A stretch of 64,000 nucleotides of DNA, taken from NCBI GenBank assembly GCA_045631285.1, contig JAZQUL010000091.1:1208-65207 (forward strand). Direction: 5' to 3'. Positions 19,654 through 30,730 of the stretch are shown here, in pieces. The translations under genes and the position numbers were made by a program. Below the pieces are notes generated by a model, which had not been told where the DNA came from, did not search any database, and saw nothing but the letters and a program-made list of their open reading frames with translations. Source of the DNA: Faecousia sp. (lineage in GTDB: Bacteria; Bacillota; Clostridia; Oscillospirales; Oscillospiraceae). Numbering within the stretch: the stretch's first letter is position 1; every line of letters starts with the position of its first letter.

Positions 19654-22056
19654 TTACCGCCGTTTCATATGGGCAGAAGCGGCTTTCGCCATTAGCTTCT
19701 TTGTGCCCTTTTCGTCAAATACAATCTCCCAAAGGGCATCGTTGCCCATTTTAATGACAGACAGCACCATACCCTTGCCAAAAGCCGTATGCTCCACCAT
19801 ATCGCCCTTTTTAAGTTCAAGCATTGTAGCCGCAGGCTTTTCGGCCGGAATGGTATAAGAAGCAGTCTTGGGTGCCTGATAAGTGCTTGCAGAGGGCACA
19901 GGTGTACGGTAGGGTGTGGGATAAGCAGCCTGCGGACGCACAAAAGCGCCCTTCTTCTCCACCACATCCTGCGGTACTTCCTTCAGGAAGCGTGACGGCA
20001 GCGCGGCATTGGTGCGGCCGTAGAGCATACGCTCTCTTGCGTAGGAGATAGTGAGTTTCTGCTTTGCCCGGGTAATGGCAACATAACAAAGTCTCCGCTC
20101 CTCCTCCATCTCATCCGGATCACCAAAAGAACGGACGCCCGGGAACAGGCCCTCTTCAAAGCCCACAAGATAAACATAAGGAAATTCCAGTCCCTTTGCG
20201 GCGTGCATTGTCATAAGCACAACGCTGTCGTCGCTGCTGTTATACTCATCAAGGTCAGTATACAGGGCGATTTCCTCCAAAAAGCCTGCCAGCGTAGGTG
20301 TCTCTGCATTCTCCATATAGGCCTTAATACTGGAGGTAAGCTCGCGAATGTTCTCCAGTCTGGTCTTATTTTCCTCTGTGGGCTTACTTTGGAGCATATC
20401 GATATAGCCGGTACGAAGCATAACCTCTTCATAAAAGTCGGTAAGGGAAATGTCCGTCTCCAAAAGCTGGGCGAGGCTCTCAATCAGGATGGTAAAATCC
20501 ATAAACTTCTTTGCGGATTTTTCCAGCGGCCCGTAATTATAGGGGTCGGAAACCACGTGATACAGCGGAAGTCCTTGCGCTGTTGCCAGCCGTCTTGCCA
20601 TATCCATCGTCTTATCGCCAAGCCCTCTGGGAGGATTATTGATAATCCGGTTAAGGCGCAAATCGTCATTGCGGTTGTTGATAACGCACAAATAGGAAAG
20701 CATATCCTTGACCTCAGCCCGGTCGAAGAAGCGCATACCGCCAACGACCTTGTAAGGAATGCCGTTTCTGCGAAGGGTTTGTTCCAATACGTTTGACTGG
20801 GCGTTGGTGCGGTAAAGCACAGCGTGGTCGCAGTACTTGCCGGTACGCACTGCCGATAGTATCTGCCCGGACACATAGGATGCTTCCTGTGTTTCGTTGG
20901 GCGCTTCATAAACGGTGATTCTCTCACCCACTGAATTGGTAGTCCATAGCTGCTTGCCCTTGCGCCCGATATTGTGGGCAATGACCGCATTGGCGGCTTT
21001 CAGAATATTCTGCGTAGAACGGTAATTCTGCTCTAAACGAATGACCCGGGAGCCGCGGTACTGTTTTTCAAAGCTGAGAATATTCTCAATGGTCGCGCCG
21101 CGGAAGCGGTAAATACTCTGGTCATCGTCACCAACGACACACAGGTTTTCATAACCGCCAGCCAGCAGCGATGTGAGCAGATATTGCAGGTGGTTGGTAT
21201 CCTGATACTCATCCACCAAAATGTACTTAAATTTCCGCTGATAGTGGGTACGGATGTCCTCATTCTCCTGCAAAAGCTTGACGGTCATAAAAATCAAATC
21301 GTCAAAGTCCAGCGCATTATTTTCTTTTAGCTTCCGCTGATAGAGACGGTAGGCCTTTACAATGGGGTCCAAGCGGCTGTCCCCAGTCTCCCAAATGCGT
21401 CTTTGCATATCTTCAGGCGTAGAATAATTGTCCTTTTCCCGGCTGATAAAGCCCAGAACATACTTGGGCGGGAACATCTTATCGTCCATATTCAACTCTT
21501 TCAGAACAGCCTTCATAAGCCGCTCAGAATCGGAAGAATCATAGATGGTAAAGTTCCGCTCGTAGCCCAGCGCCTCGATTTCCCGCCGGAGGATACGGCA
21601 GCAGGCAGAGTGAAAGGTCATTGCCCAAATATCCCCTGCATTGGGGCCAATGGACAGCGAAAGACGCTCTTTTAGTTCGTTTGCCGCCTTATTGGTAAAG
21701 GTGATGGCAAGAACACTCCAAGGGGCAGCAGGCTCAACCGCGCACAGACAGTCTGCGCGGCTCTTTTCCTCCTCCGTGCAGGGATAGGAAAGCCCCTCAA
21801 GGAAAAGAACGTCATCTTCCGTCACCGTATCGGGTACCTCGTTTGTATCACTGCCGCGACCAAAGCGCAGAATATTCGCCACGCGGTTTATAAGCACCGT
21901 GGTTTAGCCGCTGCCCGCGCCGGCCAGCAAAAGCAGGGGTCCCTCCGTAGCAAGAACCGCCTTTCGCTGCTCCGGGTTGAGCCGCGCAAATTGTTTCTCT
22001 ATATAGGTTCGCCGCGCTGCGACAAACCGACTTAAATATCCATCATTCATAAGCAT
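19654..22056 (-). pseudogene. pcrA: PcrA/UvrD helicase interrupted by an in-frame TAA at the Walker A lysine (21904-21906); nonsense allele or sequence error
   Basis: Minus strand reads LNPEQRKAV..GPLLLLAGAGSG*TTVLINRV; same frame continues with TFTNKAA, VDEYQD, GDDDQSIY, MTMHAAKGLEF. Confidence 0.85.
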
Positions 22057-22118
22057 ACCTGTATATTTATAGGATGCCTATATTCTACATTATTTTCTCC
22101 AAAAGGTAAAGTGGGAAT

Positions 22119-22823
22119 TTAACTTAATAACGTCTTTAAATGCAAGAGTGCCTTTTTTTCGATTCTGGAAACCTGCACCTGACTGACCTGCAAAACCTTT
22201 GCTGTCCGCTCCTGTGTCAGTCCATGAAAATACCGCAGACGTATGACCATTCCCTCCCGTTCAGATAAACAGGAAATGGCCTGGTCAAGCGCAATCTTTT
22301 CCAGCATTGTGTCCTCGGATTTTGTATCCGTCAGGACACTTTCAAGGGTGAAGCCCTCCTCCCCTGTCTGCTGGTGTATAGACTCAATGCCCGCAGTTGC
22401 CATCTCTGCCATTGCGATGTCCTCAGGCGTTATCCCTGTTCTGTCAGCAATCTCTGAAACTGTCGGCTCTCTGCCCATTTCCGCAATCAGCAAGCTGCGC
22501 GTCGTCTTAATAGTGGCAGCCCGTTCTTTGATTCCCCTTGAAACCTTAACGGCACCGTCATCCCGGAGAAACCGGCGGATTTCGCCGGCAATTTTTGGTA
22601 CAGCATAGGTGGAAAACTGGGTGCCAAATTCCGTGTCAAAGCCGTCCACAGCCTTTAAAAAGCCAAGACATCCCAATTGATACAAGTCATCTGTTTCCAC
22701 ACCGCGTCCTAAAAAGCGTCGCACAACCGCCCACACAAGACCGCTGTTTTCCTCCAGCAGCTTCTCCCGTGCAGTTTCATCTCCGGATTGACTTTTTTTG
22801 ATTAAGTCATACGTTTCATTCAT
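22119..22823 (-). CDS. sigF: Forespore sigma factor F
   Basis: DLYQLGCLGFLKAVDGFD, FSTYAVPKIAGEIRRFLRDDG; third gene of the spoIIA operon. Confidence 0.92.
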   Translation of the reverse strand: MNETYDLIKKSQSGDETAREKLLEENSGLVWAVVRRFLGRGVETDDLYQLGCLGFLKAVDGFDTEFGTQFSTYAVPKIAGEIRRFLRDDGAVKVSRGIKERAATIKTTRSLLIAEMGREPTVSEIADRTGITPEDIAMAEMATAGIESIHQQTGEEGFTLESVLTDTKSEDTMLEKIALDQAISCLSEREGMVIRLRYFHGLTQERTAKVLQVSQVQVSRIEKKALLHLKTLLS

Positions 22824-23251
22824 TTCCGTTTTTGCAGCTTTCTTCTCATATGTACCGTCGTTCCTTTTCCTACCTTACTGGTTGCCGAAAAGCTGGTCAT
22901 AAAGCTCTCCATAATGGTAAAGCCCATTCCGCTGCGGTCTTCTCCACCGGTGGTAAACATTGGCCGTCTCGCCTGCTCCAAATCCGGGATGCCTACGCCT
23001 TTATCCTTTACCACAATATCCAGCACATTGTCCCTGAGAATTCTGCACCGAAGTGTAATGACACCGTACCCATCAGGATAGGCGTGGACAATGCAGTTTG
23101 TTACCGCTTCGGAAACGGCTGTGCGAATGTCCCCCAACTCCTCAAGGGTTGGATCCATTTGGGATGCGAAGCACGCCACCGCAGACCGGGCAAAGGCTTC
23201 GTTACTGGATTTACTTGGAAATTCCAATTGCATATAGTTTTCAAATTTCAT
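22820..23251 (-). CDS. spoIIAB: Anti-sigma F factor
   Basis: NEAFAR, VSEAVTNCIVHAY, RSGMGFTIMESFM. Confidence 0.95.
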   Translation of the reverse strand: MKFENYMQLEFPSKSSNEAFARSAVACFASQMDPTLEELGDIRTAVSEAVTNCIVHAYPDGYGVITLRCRILRDNVLDIVVKDKGVGIPDLEQARRPMFTTGGEDRSGMGFTIMESFMTSFSATSKVGKGTTVHMRRKLQKRK

Positions 23252-23565
23252 ACGGCTACCTCCTTAATCTCTACGAGTTTATCAATTCCCGACGCGGCAA
23301 ACACACGCATCGGCTGCTCCCGAATGCCAACTAAGCAAAGCTTCCCCTTAATCCGCGTCATATTTCTCAGTGTGTTAATTACCACTGCAATTCCGGATGA
23401 ATCCATAAAAGTCACATCCTGAAAATCCAATACGCAGATGCGTGGCTTATAGGCTTCAATTTTTCCGATAATCGTATCGATGTACGCCTTCGCGCAGTGG
23501 TGGTCAATTTCACCGGTCAGCGCAACGGTAAGCTGACTATCTTGCAGATAACTTGTCAAATGCAT
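23248..23565 (-). CDS. spoIIAA: Anti-sigma F factor antagonist
   Basis: GEIDHH, FMDSSGI; SD GGAGG. Confidence 0.95.
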   Translation of the reverse strand: MHLTSYLQDSQLTVALTGEIDHHCAKAYIDTIIGKIEAYKPRICVLDFQDVTFMDSSGIAVVINTLRNMTRIKGKLCLVGIREQPMRVFAASGIDKLVEIKEVAV

Positions 23566-23599
23566 ATTCTGTCCTCCTTTGTAAGCTTCTATACAAGTA

Positions 23600-23682
23600 T
23601 AAAAAGTCCTACCCATATTTTCTGTCGCAATGGGTAGGAGAGTAAGAAAGTCGCGTATAACACGGTGTTATACGCGACTTTT
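23600..23682 (-). terminator. Tandem terminator hairpins between valS and spoIIAA
   Basis: Near-perfect palindrome AAAGTCGCGTATAACAC/GTGTTATACGCGACTTT and second stem TCCTACCCAT/ATGGGTAGGA followed by CTTTTT. Confidence 0.75.
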
Positions 23683-23696
23683 CGGTACATATTCGC

Positions 23697-26345
23697 TTAT
23701 AATTTTGCCAAGGCTTCCCGGCTCTGCATAAGCTGCGTGATGAGATTTCTTGCTTTTTCGGCCTTTTCCCGCTCGGCATTTACAACCGCTTCCGGTGCGC
23801 GGGCGGTAAAGTTCTCGTTGGAGAGCTTGCCTTCAATGACGGCAAGGTTCTTATTTGCCTTCTCCAGTTCTTTATCCAGCCGCTCCAGCTCCTTAGCCAC
23901 ATCCACAAGCTGCCCCATCGGGATATACAGCTTTGCGTCGGCGGTGGTGCAGCAGACCATCTTGTCGATGTTCTCCGGCTCCTTGTCAAGGACGGTGACC
24001 TGATCGGCATAGGCAAGACGCTGGATGAAGTCGCTGCCCTCGGTAAAGACCTGCGGCTTGGAGGTCAGAACAAACAGCGCAGCCTTGGTGGAAGGCGGTA
24101 CGTTCATTTCGGCGCGGCGGTTACGGATAGAGCGGATAGCGCTCATAACGGATTCCATCAGGCTCTCTTCCTTGGGGAAGGCCAAAGCATCTGTATAGAC
24201 AGGCCACTGGGCGGCGATCAATGCCTCACCCTCGTGGGGCAGGCTCTGCCAAATCTCCTCCGTAATGAAGGGCATAAAGGGATGAAGCAGACGGAGCGTC
24301 TGGTCGAGAACATACACAAGCACCTGCAGCGCAGTATTCTTCTGTGCCTCATCGTCGCTATACAGTCTTGCCTTTGTCAGCTCGATATACCAGTCACAGT
24401 AGGTGTCCCACAGGAAATCGTAAACCTTCTGAATGGCAACGCCCAGTTCATACCGCTCCATATTGTCGGTAACCTCGGAAATGAGGGTGTTGAGCTTAGA
24501 GAGTACCCACTTGTCGGCAACAGTTAATGCATCCGCATCGGGCAGTGCGTTGACTGCATCCTCCTTCAGGTTCATCAGCACATAACGGCTGGCGTTCCAA
24601 AGCTTATTGGCAAAGTTACGCATTGCCTCGCAGCGCTCCACATAGAAACGCATATCGTTTCCGGGAGAGTTGCCCATAACCATATTCATACGCAGCGCAT
24701 CGCAGCCGTACTTTTCGATCATCTCCAGAGGATCGATGCCATTACCGAGAGACTTAGACATTTTTCTGCCCTTATCGTCACGGACAAGGCCATGGATCAG
24801 CACCGTGTGGAACGGGGTCTTCTTTGTATGCTCACAACCGGAGAAGATCATTCGGGAAACCCAGAAGAAGATAATGTCATATCCGGTGACCAGCACATCG
24901 GTAGGATAGAAATAATCCAAATCATCGGTCTTTTCAGGCCAGCCCAAGGTCTCAAAGGGCCAAAGGGCAGAACTAAACCAAGTATCCAGCACATCCTCTT
25001 CCCGGGTGATGTTCTTGCTGTGGCAATGCTCACATTCGGTAGCATCCTCACGGGAAACGGTAATATGACCGCACTCGGCGCAGGTCCACGCAGGAATCTG
25101 ATGACCCCACCAAAGCTGACGGGAGATACACCAGTCGCGGACATTCTCCATCCAGTTCATATAGGTCTTGGAGAAGCGGTCGGGAACGAACTTGGTCTCC
25201 CCTTCCTTCACCACACGGATGGCTTCCTCTGCGAGGGGCTTCATCCGTACAAACCACTGGGCAGAGATAATCGGCTCTACATCGTTGTGGCAGCGGTAGC
25301 AGGTACCCACATTGTGGGCGTGGTCCTCAATGCGGACAAGATAACCGCCCTCTTCCAAATCCTTTACGATCATTTTGCGGGCTTCATAGCGGTCAAGACC
25401 TTGATACTTTCCACCCAGCTCATTGACAGCGCCGTTGTCATCCAGTACGCGGATAACCTCCAAATTATGGCGCAGACCCACCTCAAAGTCGTTGGGGTCG
25501 TGGGCGGGTGTCATCTTTACACAGCCGGTACCAAATTCCATCTCTGCGTAGTCATCGGCAACGATGGGAATTTCCTTATTGACCAGCGGAAGAATAACAG
25601 TTTTACCAACTATATCCTTATAGCGCTCATCGTTGGGGTTAACGCAGACACCGGTATCGCCCAGCATAGTCTCGGGACGGGTAGTAGCGACCACAACTTC
25701 ACCGCTGCCATCAGCCATAGGATATCGGATATGCCACAAATGACCGGGCTTATCTACATACTCAACCTCCGCATCGGAAAGTGCAGTGACACAGTGAGGG
25801 CACCAGTTGATGATACGGCTGCCCTTGTAGATCAGGTTCTTCTCATAGAGAGAAACGAAAACCTCACGGACAGCGGCGCTGCAGCCCTCGTCCATGGTAA
25901 ATCTTGCCCGCTCCCAGTCGCAGGATGCGCCCAGCTTCTTCTGCTGCTCCACGATCCGGTTGCCGTACTTATGCTTCCAGTCCCAAACCCGCTCCAAAAA
26001 CTTCTCACGGCCCAGGTCATAGCGGGTCAAGCCTTCCTTAACACGCAGTTCTTCCTCAACCTTAATCTGTGTTGCAATACCGGCATGGTCAACACCGGGC
26101 AGCCACAGCGCATTGTAGCCCTGCATCCGCTTGAAACGAATCAGGGTATCCTGCAGCGTTGCGTCCATTGCGTGGCCCATATGAAGCTGACCCGTAACAT
26201 TTGGGGGCGGCATTACGATGGTAAAGGGCTTCTTAGTTCTGTCCGTACCGGGACGGAAAAAGCCGCCATCTTCCCACATCTTATAAATTTGCGCTTCTAC
26301 TTGCTGAGGTTCGTAAACCTTCGGCAGTTCTCTTGCCATATCCAT
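23697..26345 (-). CDS. valS: Valine--tRNA ligase
   Basis: [22 protein letters not shown]-terminal coiled coil. Confidence 0.97.
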   Translation of the reverse strand: MDMARELPKVYEPQQVEAQIYKMWEDGGFFRPGTDRTKKPFTIVMPPPNVTGQLHMGHAMDATLQDTLIRFKRMQGYNALWLPGVDHAGIATQIKVEEELRVKEGLTRYDLGREKFLERVWDWKHKYGNRIVEQQKKLGASCDWERARFTMDEGCSAAVREVFVSLYEKNLIYKGSRIINWCPHCVTALSDAEVEYVDKPGHLWHIRYPMADGSGEVVVATTRPETMLGDTGVCVNPNDERYKDIVGKTVILPLVNKEIPIVADDYAEMEFGTGCVKMTPAHDPNDFEVGLRHNLEVIRVLDDNGAVNELGGKYQGLDRYEARKMIVKDLEEGGYLVRIEDHAHNVGTCYRCHNDVEPIISAQWFVRMKPLAEEAIRVVKEGETKFVPDRFSKTYMNWMENVRDWCISRQLWWGHQIPAWTCAECGHITVSREDATECEHCHSKNITREEDVLDTWFSSALWPFETLGWPEKTDDLDYFYPTDVLVTGYDIIFFWVSRMIFSGCEHTKKTPFHTVLIHGLVRDDKGRKMSKSLGNGIDPLEMIEKYGCDALRMNMVMGNSPGNDMRFYVERCEAMRNFANKLWNASRYVLMNLKEDAVNALPDADALTVADKWVLSKLNTLISEVTDNMERYELGVAIQKVYDFLWDTYCDWYIELTKARLYSDDEAQKNTALQVLVYVLDQTLRLLHPFMPFITEEIWQSLPHEGEALIAAQWPVYTDALAFPKEESLMESVMSAIRSIRNRRAEMNVPPSTKAALFVLTSKPQVFTEGSDFIQRLAYADQVTVLDKEPENIDKMVCCTTADAKLYIPMGQLVDVAKELERLDKELEKANKNLAVIEGKLSNENFTARAPEAVVNAEREKAEKARNLITQLMQSREALAKL

Positions 26346-26359
26346 TCACTCCTTCAAAA

Positions 26360-26580
26360 TAAATACGCCCTGAGCATATGCTCAGGGCGAAAAGATTTCC
26401 GCGGTACCACCTGAATTCCCCGAAGGGCACTCATAAGCTATAACGGGCTAACCCGGACTTCCCTACTGCTCTTTTCAGGAAATCAGCTCAAGGGCGACAA
26501 TCCGCGTATCGCATTGTATGCTCCCACCAACCGCACACTCTCTTTAAATGCTTCTATACCGGAAACTCCCTATCAAAGCC
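26360..26580 (-). promoter_or_regulatory. T-box riboswitch (Val) upstream of valS
   Basis: AGAGAG and GGTGGGA stem-I motifs, candidate specifier GTC (26496-26498), T-box AGGTGGTACCGCGG, terminator CGCCCTGAGCAT/ATGCTCAGGGCG. Confidence 0.88.
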
Positions 26581-26648
26581 TCATAATATGGGGATAATTT
26601 AACATAAATATATAGATATGTCAACAGTAAATTCCACAATTACTATGC

Positions 26649-26677
26649 TTGACGATACCCCAAAAATGGCATATAAT
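26649..26677 (+). promoter_or_regulatory. SigA-type promoter of the glycosyltransferase gene
   Basis: TTGACG-N17-TATAAT. Confidence 0.7.
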
Positions 26678-26709
26678 AAGGAAAATGTTAATTAAAGTGA
26701 GTGAAAGTT

Positions 26710-27657
26710 ATGAAACTCTCTCTGGTTGTCCCCTGCTATAACGAAGCGGAAAATGTGGCCGCTTTTCAGGATGCGGTCATCGGTGCCTTTGATGGCTGCG
26801 GCTACGATTACGAGATCGTCTTTGTGGACGACGGCAGCAAGGATGCCACCTACCACAACTTAAAGAAGCTCCACGAAGCCCAAAAGTGCCCGGTAAAGGT
26901 CATCCGTCTCTCCCGGAATTTCGGTAAGGAATCTGCCATCTACGCCGGTCTTCAAAATGCCGATGGTGATTATATTTCCTTTATCGATGCAGACCTGCAG
27001 CAGCGCCCTGAAATTGTCCGGGATATGGTGCAAGCCTTGGATGAAGACCCGGAAATCGACATTGTTGCCGCCTATCAGGATCGCCGAGGCGAAGGCAAAG
27101 TTCTCTCTTTCTTTAAAAAGTCCTTCTATGCCATCATTAACCGTCTTTCCGATGTTGACCTCCGGGCAGATGCAAGCGACTTCCGTACCTTCCGCCGCAG
27201 CGTGGCTGACAGCCTGCTGACTGTTACCGAGTATCATCGCTTTTCTAAAGGCATTTTTGCCTGGGTGGGCTACAACACCCGCTTTATTCCCTATATCGCC
27301 CAGCCCCGTCAGGCAGGCAACACAAAGTGGAGCTTTAAGAAACTGCTGAATTATGCCATCGAGGGCATCATCGGCTATTCCACCAAGCCTCTGCGAATTG
27401 CAACGGCTATCGGTACGCTGACCGCTATTTCCGCATTTCTATATTTGCTGTTCGTGGTGATTCAGAAGCTCTTCTTCGGTATCGCAATCCCCGGTTACGC
27501 CACCATTATCGTACTGATTTTGCTGCTGGGCGGTGTACAGCTTCTTTGCATAGGCATCATTGGCGAATATGTCGGCAGAACTTTCGAGCAGTCCAAAGAC
27601 CGCCCCATATATATCGCAAAGCATATACTGACCTACAACAAAAAGGACGCCAGTTAA
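26710..27657 (+). CDS. GT2 polyprenol-phosphate glycosyltransferase (GtrB/CsbB-like)
   Basis: VVPCYNE, VDDGSKD, SRNFGKE, DADLQ, two C-terminal TM helices, IGIIGEYVGR. Confidence 0.9.
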   Translation: MKLSLVVPCYNEAENVAAFQDAVIGAFDGCGYDYEIVFVDDGSKDATYHNLKKLHEAQKCPVKVIRLSRNFGKESAIYAGLQNADGDYISFIDADLQQRPEIVRDMVQALDEDPEIDIVAAYQDRRGEGKVLSFFKKSFYAIINRLSDVDLRADASDFRTFRRSVADSLLTVTEYHRFSKGIFAWVGYNTRFIPYIAQPRQAGNTKWSFKKLLNYAIEGIIGYSTKPLRIATAIGTLTAISAFLYLLFVVIQKLFFGIAIPGYATIIVLILLLGGVQLLCIGIIGEYVGRTFEQSKDRPIYIAKHILTYNKKDAS

Positions 27658-28232
27658 GGCGTCCTTTCTTGCATATTTGCGTGTATCTCATGGAGCTTTG
27701 CCTCAATGGAGAGTAAATCCATAAAAGTGTCCGGCCGCTTAGTGACATCTCGAAGTAGCGCGGAAGGATGATAAATTGCCGTCATCCACGTACCATTGCG
27801 GCAAATCCAGGTGCCGTGGTCACGGGTAATCCGATAATCCGGGTAAATAATCCGTCTGGCTGCGATTCTGCCAAGGCAGACAATAATCTGCGGCTTTACC
27901 AATTCTACCTGCTTTCTCAGGTGGTCGATGCAAGCGTCCTGTTCTTCGTCCTTGGGGTCGCGGTTTCCAGGCGGTCTGCATTTGACAATGTTTGCTATGT
28001 AGCAGTTCTTGCGATTCACACCGATAATAGAGAGCATATCATCTAAGAATTTACCGGCCGCGCCCACAAAGGGTTCACCTTGCAAATCCTCCTGCTCTCC
28101 CGGGCCTTCGCCAATGAACATAATATCCGCATCCCGGACACCCACGCCAAAAACCACATTATTTCTCGTCTCACAAAGACCGCAGCGGGTGCATTTGTCG
28201 CACTGATTTTCTAAGCTCTCCCATTCACCCAT
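27654..28232 (-). CDS. Uracil-DNA glycosylase family 4 (Fe-S)
   Basis: CTRCGL, GEGPG..ED..G.PFVG, KCRPPGNR, YHPS. Confidence 0.9.
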   Translation of the reverse strand: MGEWESLENQCDKCTRCGLCETRNNVVFGVGVRDADIMFIGEGPGEQEDLQGEPFVGAAGKFLDDMLSIIGVNRKNCYIANIVKCRPPGNRDPKDEEQDACIDHLRKQVELVKPQIIVCLGRIAARRIIYPDYRITRDHGTWICRNGTWMTAIYHPSALLRDVTKRPDTFMDLLSIEAKLHEIHANMQERTP

Positions 28233-29607
28233 TGTGCATCTCCTCTCTCCGTCTTTGCCGCGCGGCCGCGCGCCTGCGGTAGCGGACATTTCTGCGGTGG
28301 ATGATCATACTGAAAATGCCGATTGCAACAGCCAAAACAGTAATAAGCACAATGATCACCGTTGCCACAGTGGTATCAACCCCATTGCGGTTTACCTCTT
28401 TAGGCGCGGAAACGACAACCTTATTTGCCGCCAAAAGCTCCACCTTAGCCAGGCACTTGCCACCATACCATACCTCAAGCGTACCCTGTTTAGAGCCTTG
28501 CTCAATGGGCGCAGTATAGGTTTTTCCCTCATCACTGAAGCGATAAATGAGCTGGGTCAAATCCACATCCTTGGGTACAACTACTGTCTGCGTGCTTGTG
28601 GGAACAAGCACAAGATCATTATCACCGTTAACGACAGGCCGCTGGGCTACGATCTGCCCCTCGTACAGCACCTGCCCGATGGCATACTTGGAGATGGTCA
28701 GATTCAGCATTTGGCTGATTTCCTTAAAACCACCGTAGACCTCAAAAGTATAATTGTCCGCAGCGTACTTAGACTCGCTGCCAAAGACAATAGCAACGAC
28801 CTCCATATTGCCGCTTTCCGCCGTTACAGCAACGTGGCGTGTTCTATCGGCAGCTACACCGGTGCGGCCACCGGTAACACGTTTATCATAATAGGATTCC
28901 TGCCGGGGGTCAATGAGGTAATTGGCGCTCTTCATCACCCGCTCAGCTGAGTATTCCGTTGCAGGAACAGTATAGGTCAGCGCGCCGAAAATCTTGGCAA
29001 AGTCATCTGTCTCCCGGGCAGCTTTCATAATCCGCACCATATCCCGGGCAGTTGTGTACTGATTGCGGCTTTGCAGGCCGCTCGGGTCTACAAAATGGGT
29101 GTTGGCGCAGCCTAAATCCGCAGCCCGTGTATTCATAAGTGCAACAAAGGCTGAAACCGTGCCGCCAATATGCTCCGCAATGACCGCAGCGGCATCATTA
29201 GCCGAGCCGGTCAGCATACAGTAAAGCAAGTCCTTCAGCGTCAGCTTCTCCCCTGCCACCAGCTTGGCACTGGAGGAACCGGAAGTGACTGTACTGAGGG
29301 CAGTATTGGTAACTGTAACCTTATCCTTCAAATCACCCTTTTCAAGTGCGAGGATTGCAGTCATAATTTTTACAAAGCTTGCCGGATAGATCTTTTCGTC
29401 AACATTTTGCGCCAGCAGCATCGTGTCACTGTTAAACTCATAAACAACTGCAGAGGAGGCATTTGTAATTGGCGCACCATCCACAACGGTGCCCTGCGCG
29501 TCAACGCCGCTGCAATTTACGCTGAGGCTCTCTTCTGCAAAGACAGGAAAGCCCATAGTGCTTACGAAAACGCATAAAATAAGGAAAATTATGCTAAATT
29601 TCTTCAT
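28225..29607 (-). CDS. D-alanyl-D-alanine carboxypeptidase (S11 family), C-terminally anchored
   Basis: Signal peptide, SxxK (ASFVK), SxN (SAN), RTG in place of KTG, C-terminal TM plus Arg-rich tail. Confidence 0.85.
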   Translation of the reverse strand: MKKFSIIFLILCVFVSTMGFPVFAEESLSVNCSGVDAQGTVVDGAPITNASSAVVYEFNSDTMLLAQNVDEKIYPASFVKIMTAILALEKGDLKDKVTVTNTALSTVTSGSSSAKLVAGEKLTLKDLLYCMLTGSANDAAAVIAEHIGGTVSAFVALMNTRAADLGCANTHFVDPSGLQSRNQYTTARDMVRIMKAARETDDFAKIFGALTYTVPATEYSAERVMKSANYLIDPRQESYYDKRVTGGRTGVAADRTRHVAVTAESGNMEVVAIVFGSESKYAADNYTFEVYGGFKEISQMLNLTISKYAIGQVLYEGQIVAQRPVVNGDNDLVLVPTSTQTVVVPKDVDLTQLIYRFSDEGKTYTAPIEQGSKQGTLEVWYGGKCLAKVELLAANKVVVSAPKEVNRNGVDTTVATVIIVLITVLAVAIGIFSMIIHRRNVRYRRRAAARQRRREEMHNG

Positions 29608-29710
29608 ATTTTTGCTCCATTATCAAACCGCGGACTTGTCCTCGGGAAAATTTCGTGTATAATGATTATATCAGCAAACCAAATGTTAGTCAATGGAGGA
29701 AGCACGGGAT

Positions 29711-30052
29711 ATGAAAAAATCCGAACTTTTCACCTATCTCATCATCTCCCTGGTCTGTCTACTCCTATTGACCGGACTTTTCATCTATCGGAGTTTTCTT
29801 TCAGAGCCGTTGGAGATTAGTAACAACGCGCCTATTGTACAGGGCGAAGGTAACGGCAAGGTAAATATCAACACCGCAGATGCAGATACATTGACGCTTC
29901 TTCCCGGCATTGGTCCTGCTACCGCAAAAAATATTATCAATTACAGAGAAAAATACGGTCTGTTCCGCAAAATTGAAGATATTAAGAATGTCTCCGGTAT
30001 CGGAGACAAGACATATGCGGACATCCGTAAATTCATTGAAGTTGGAGGCTAG
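29711..30052 (+). CDS. comEA: ComEA-like membrane-anchored HhH DNA-binding protein
   Basis: TM then KVNINTAD..LPGIGP..VSGIGDKT. Confidence 0.8.
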   Translation: MKKSELFTYLIISLVCLLLLTGLFIYRSFLSEPLEISNNAPIVQGEGNGKVNINTADADTLTLLPGIGPATAKNIINYREKYGLFRKIEDIKNVSGIGDKTYADIRKFIEVGG

Positions 30053-30055
30053 TTT

Positions 30056-30730
30056 ATGAAAATTCTAATTGTTGACGATGAGGAACTGCTCGTTAAGGGT
30101 ATTCGTTTTAATTTGCAAAATGAAGGCTACGAAACCGTCACCGGCAGCGACGGTCTTCAGGCGGTGGAACTGGCGCAGCAAGAAAAGCCCGACCTTATTA
30201 TCTTAGACGTTATGATGCCGAATATGGACGGCCTTACCGCCTGCTCCCGTATCCGGGCATTTTCCAATGTACCCATCATTCTGCTAACCGCAAAAGTGGA
30301 TGATATGGACAAGCTTATGGGCTTTGATAACGGTGCCGACGATTATATTACCAAGCCCTTTAATATTCTCGAACTAAAGGCGCGTATCCGCGCGCTGCTT
30401 CGCCGCAGTTCTCCCAAAGAGGAACAGCGCAACACGCTGACCATTGGCAGCATCACTTTGGATTTGGATGCGCGAAATGTTTATAAATCCGGCGTTGCTG
30501 CCGATCTTACCGCCCGAGAATACGATGTCATAGAATTTATGATGAAAAACCCCAACAAGGTCTACTCCCGGGAAAACCTCCTCGACAACATTTGGACCTA
30601 TGAATATAAAAGTGACATCCGTACTGTTGATGTGCATATACGCAGATTGCGCGAGAAGCTGGAAGACGATCCGGCTGATCCAAAGTATATTATGACGAAA
30701 TGGGGCGTTGGCTATTTCTTCCGGAAATAA
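30056..30730 (+). CDS. OmpR/PhoB-family response regulator
   Basis: ILIVDDE, LDVMMP, GADDYITKPF, RTVDVHIRRLREK. Confidence 0.93.
   Translation: MKILIVDDEELLVKGIRFNLQNEGYETVTGSDGLQAVELAQQEKPDLIILDVMMPNMDGLTACSRIRAFSNVPIILLTAKVDDMDKLMGFDNGADDYITKPFNILELKARIRALLRRSSPKEEQRNTLTIGSITLDLDARNVYKSGVAADLTAREYDVIEFMMKNPNKVYSRENLLDNIWTYEYKSDIRTVDVHIRRLREKLEDDPADPKYIMTKWGVGYFFRK

Noticed and set aside
21904-21906. Stop-codon reassignment or programmed read-through
   Set aside because: TAA terminates many genes in this window and this is the only internal stop seen
24792-26414. 540-aa plus-strand ORF
   Set aside because: Antisense shadow of valS with no recognisable motifs; such stop-free antisense frames follow from codon bias
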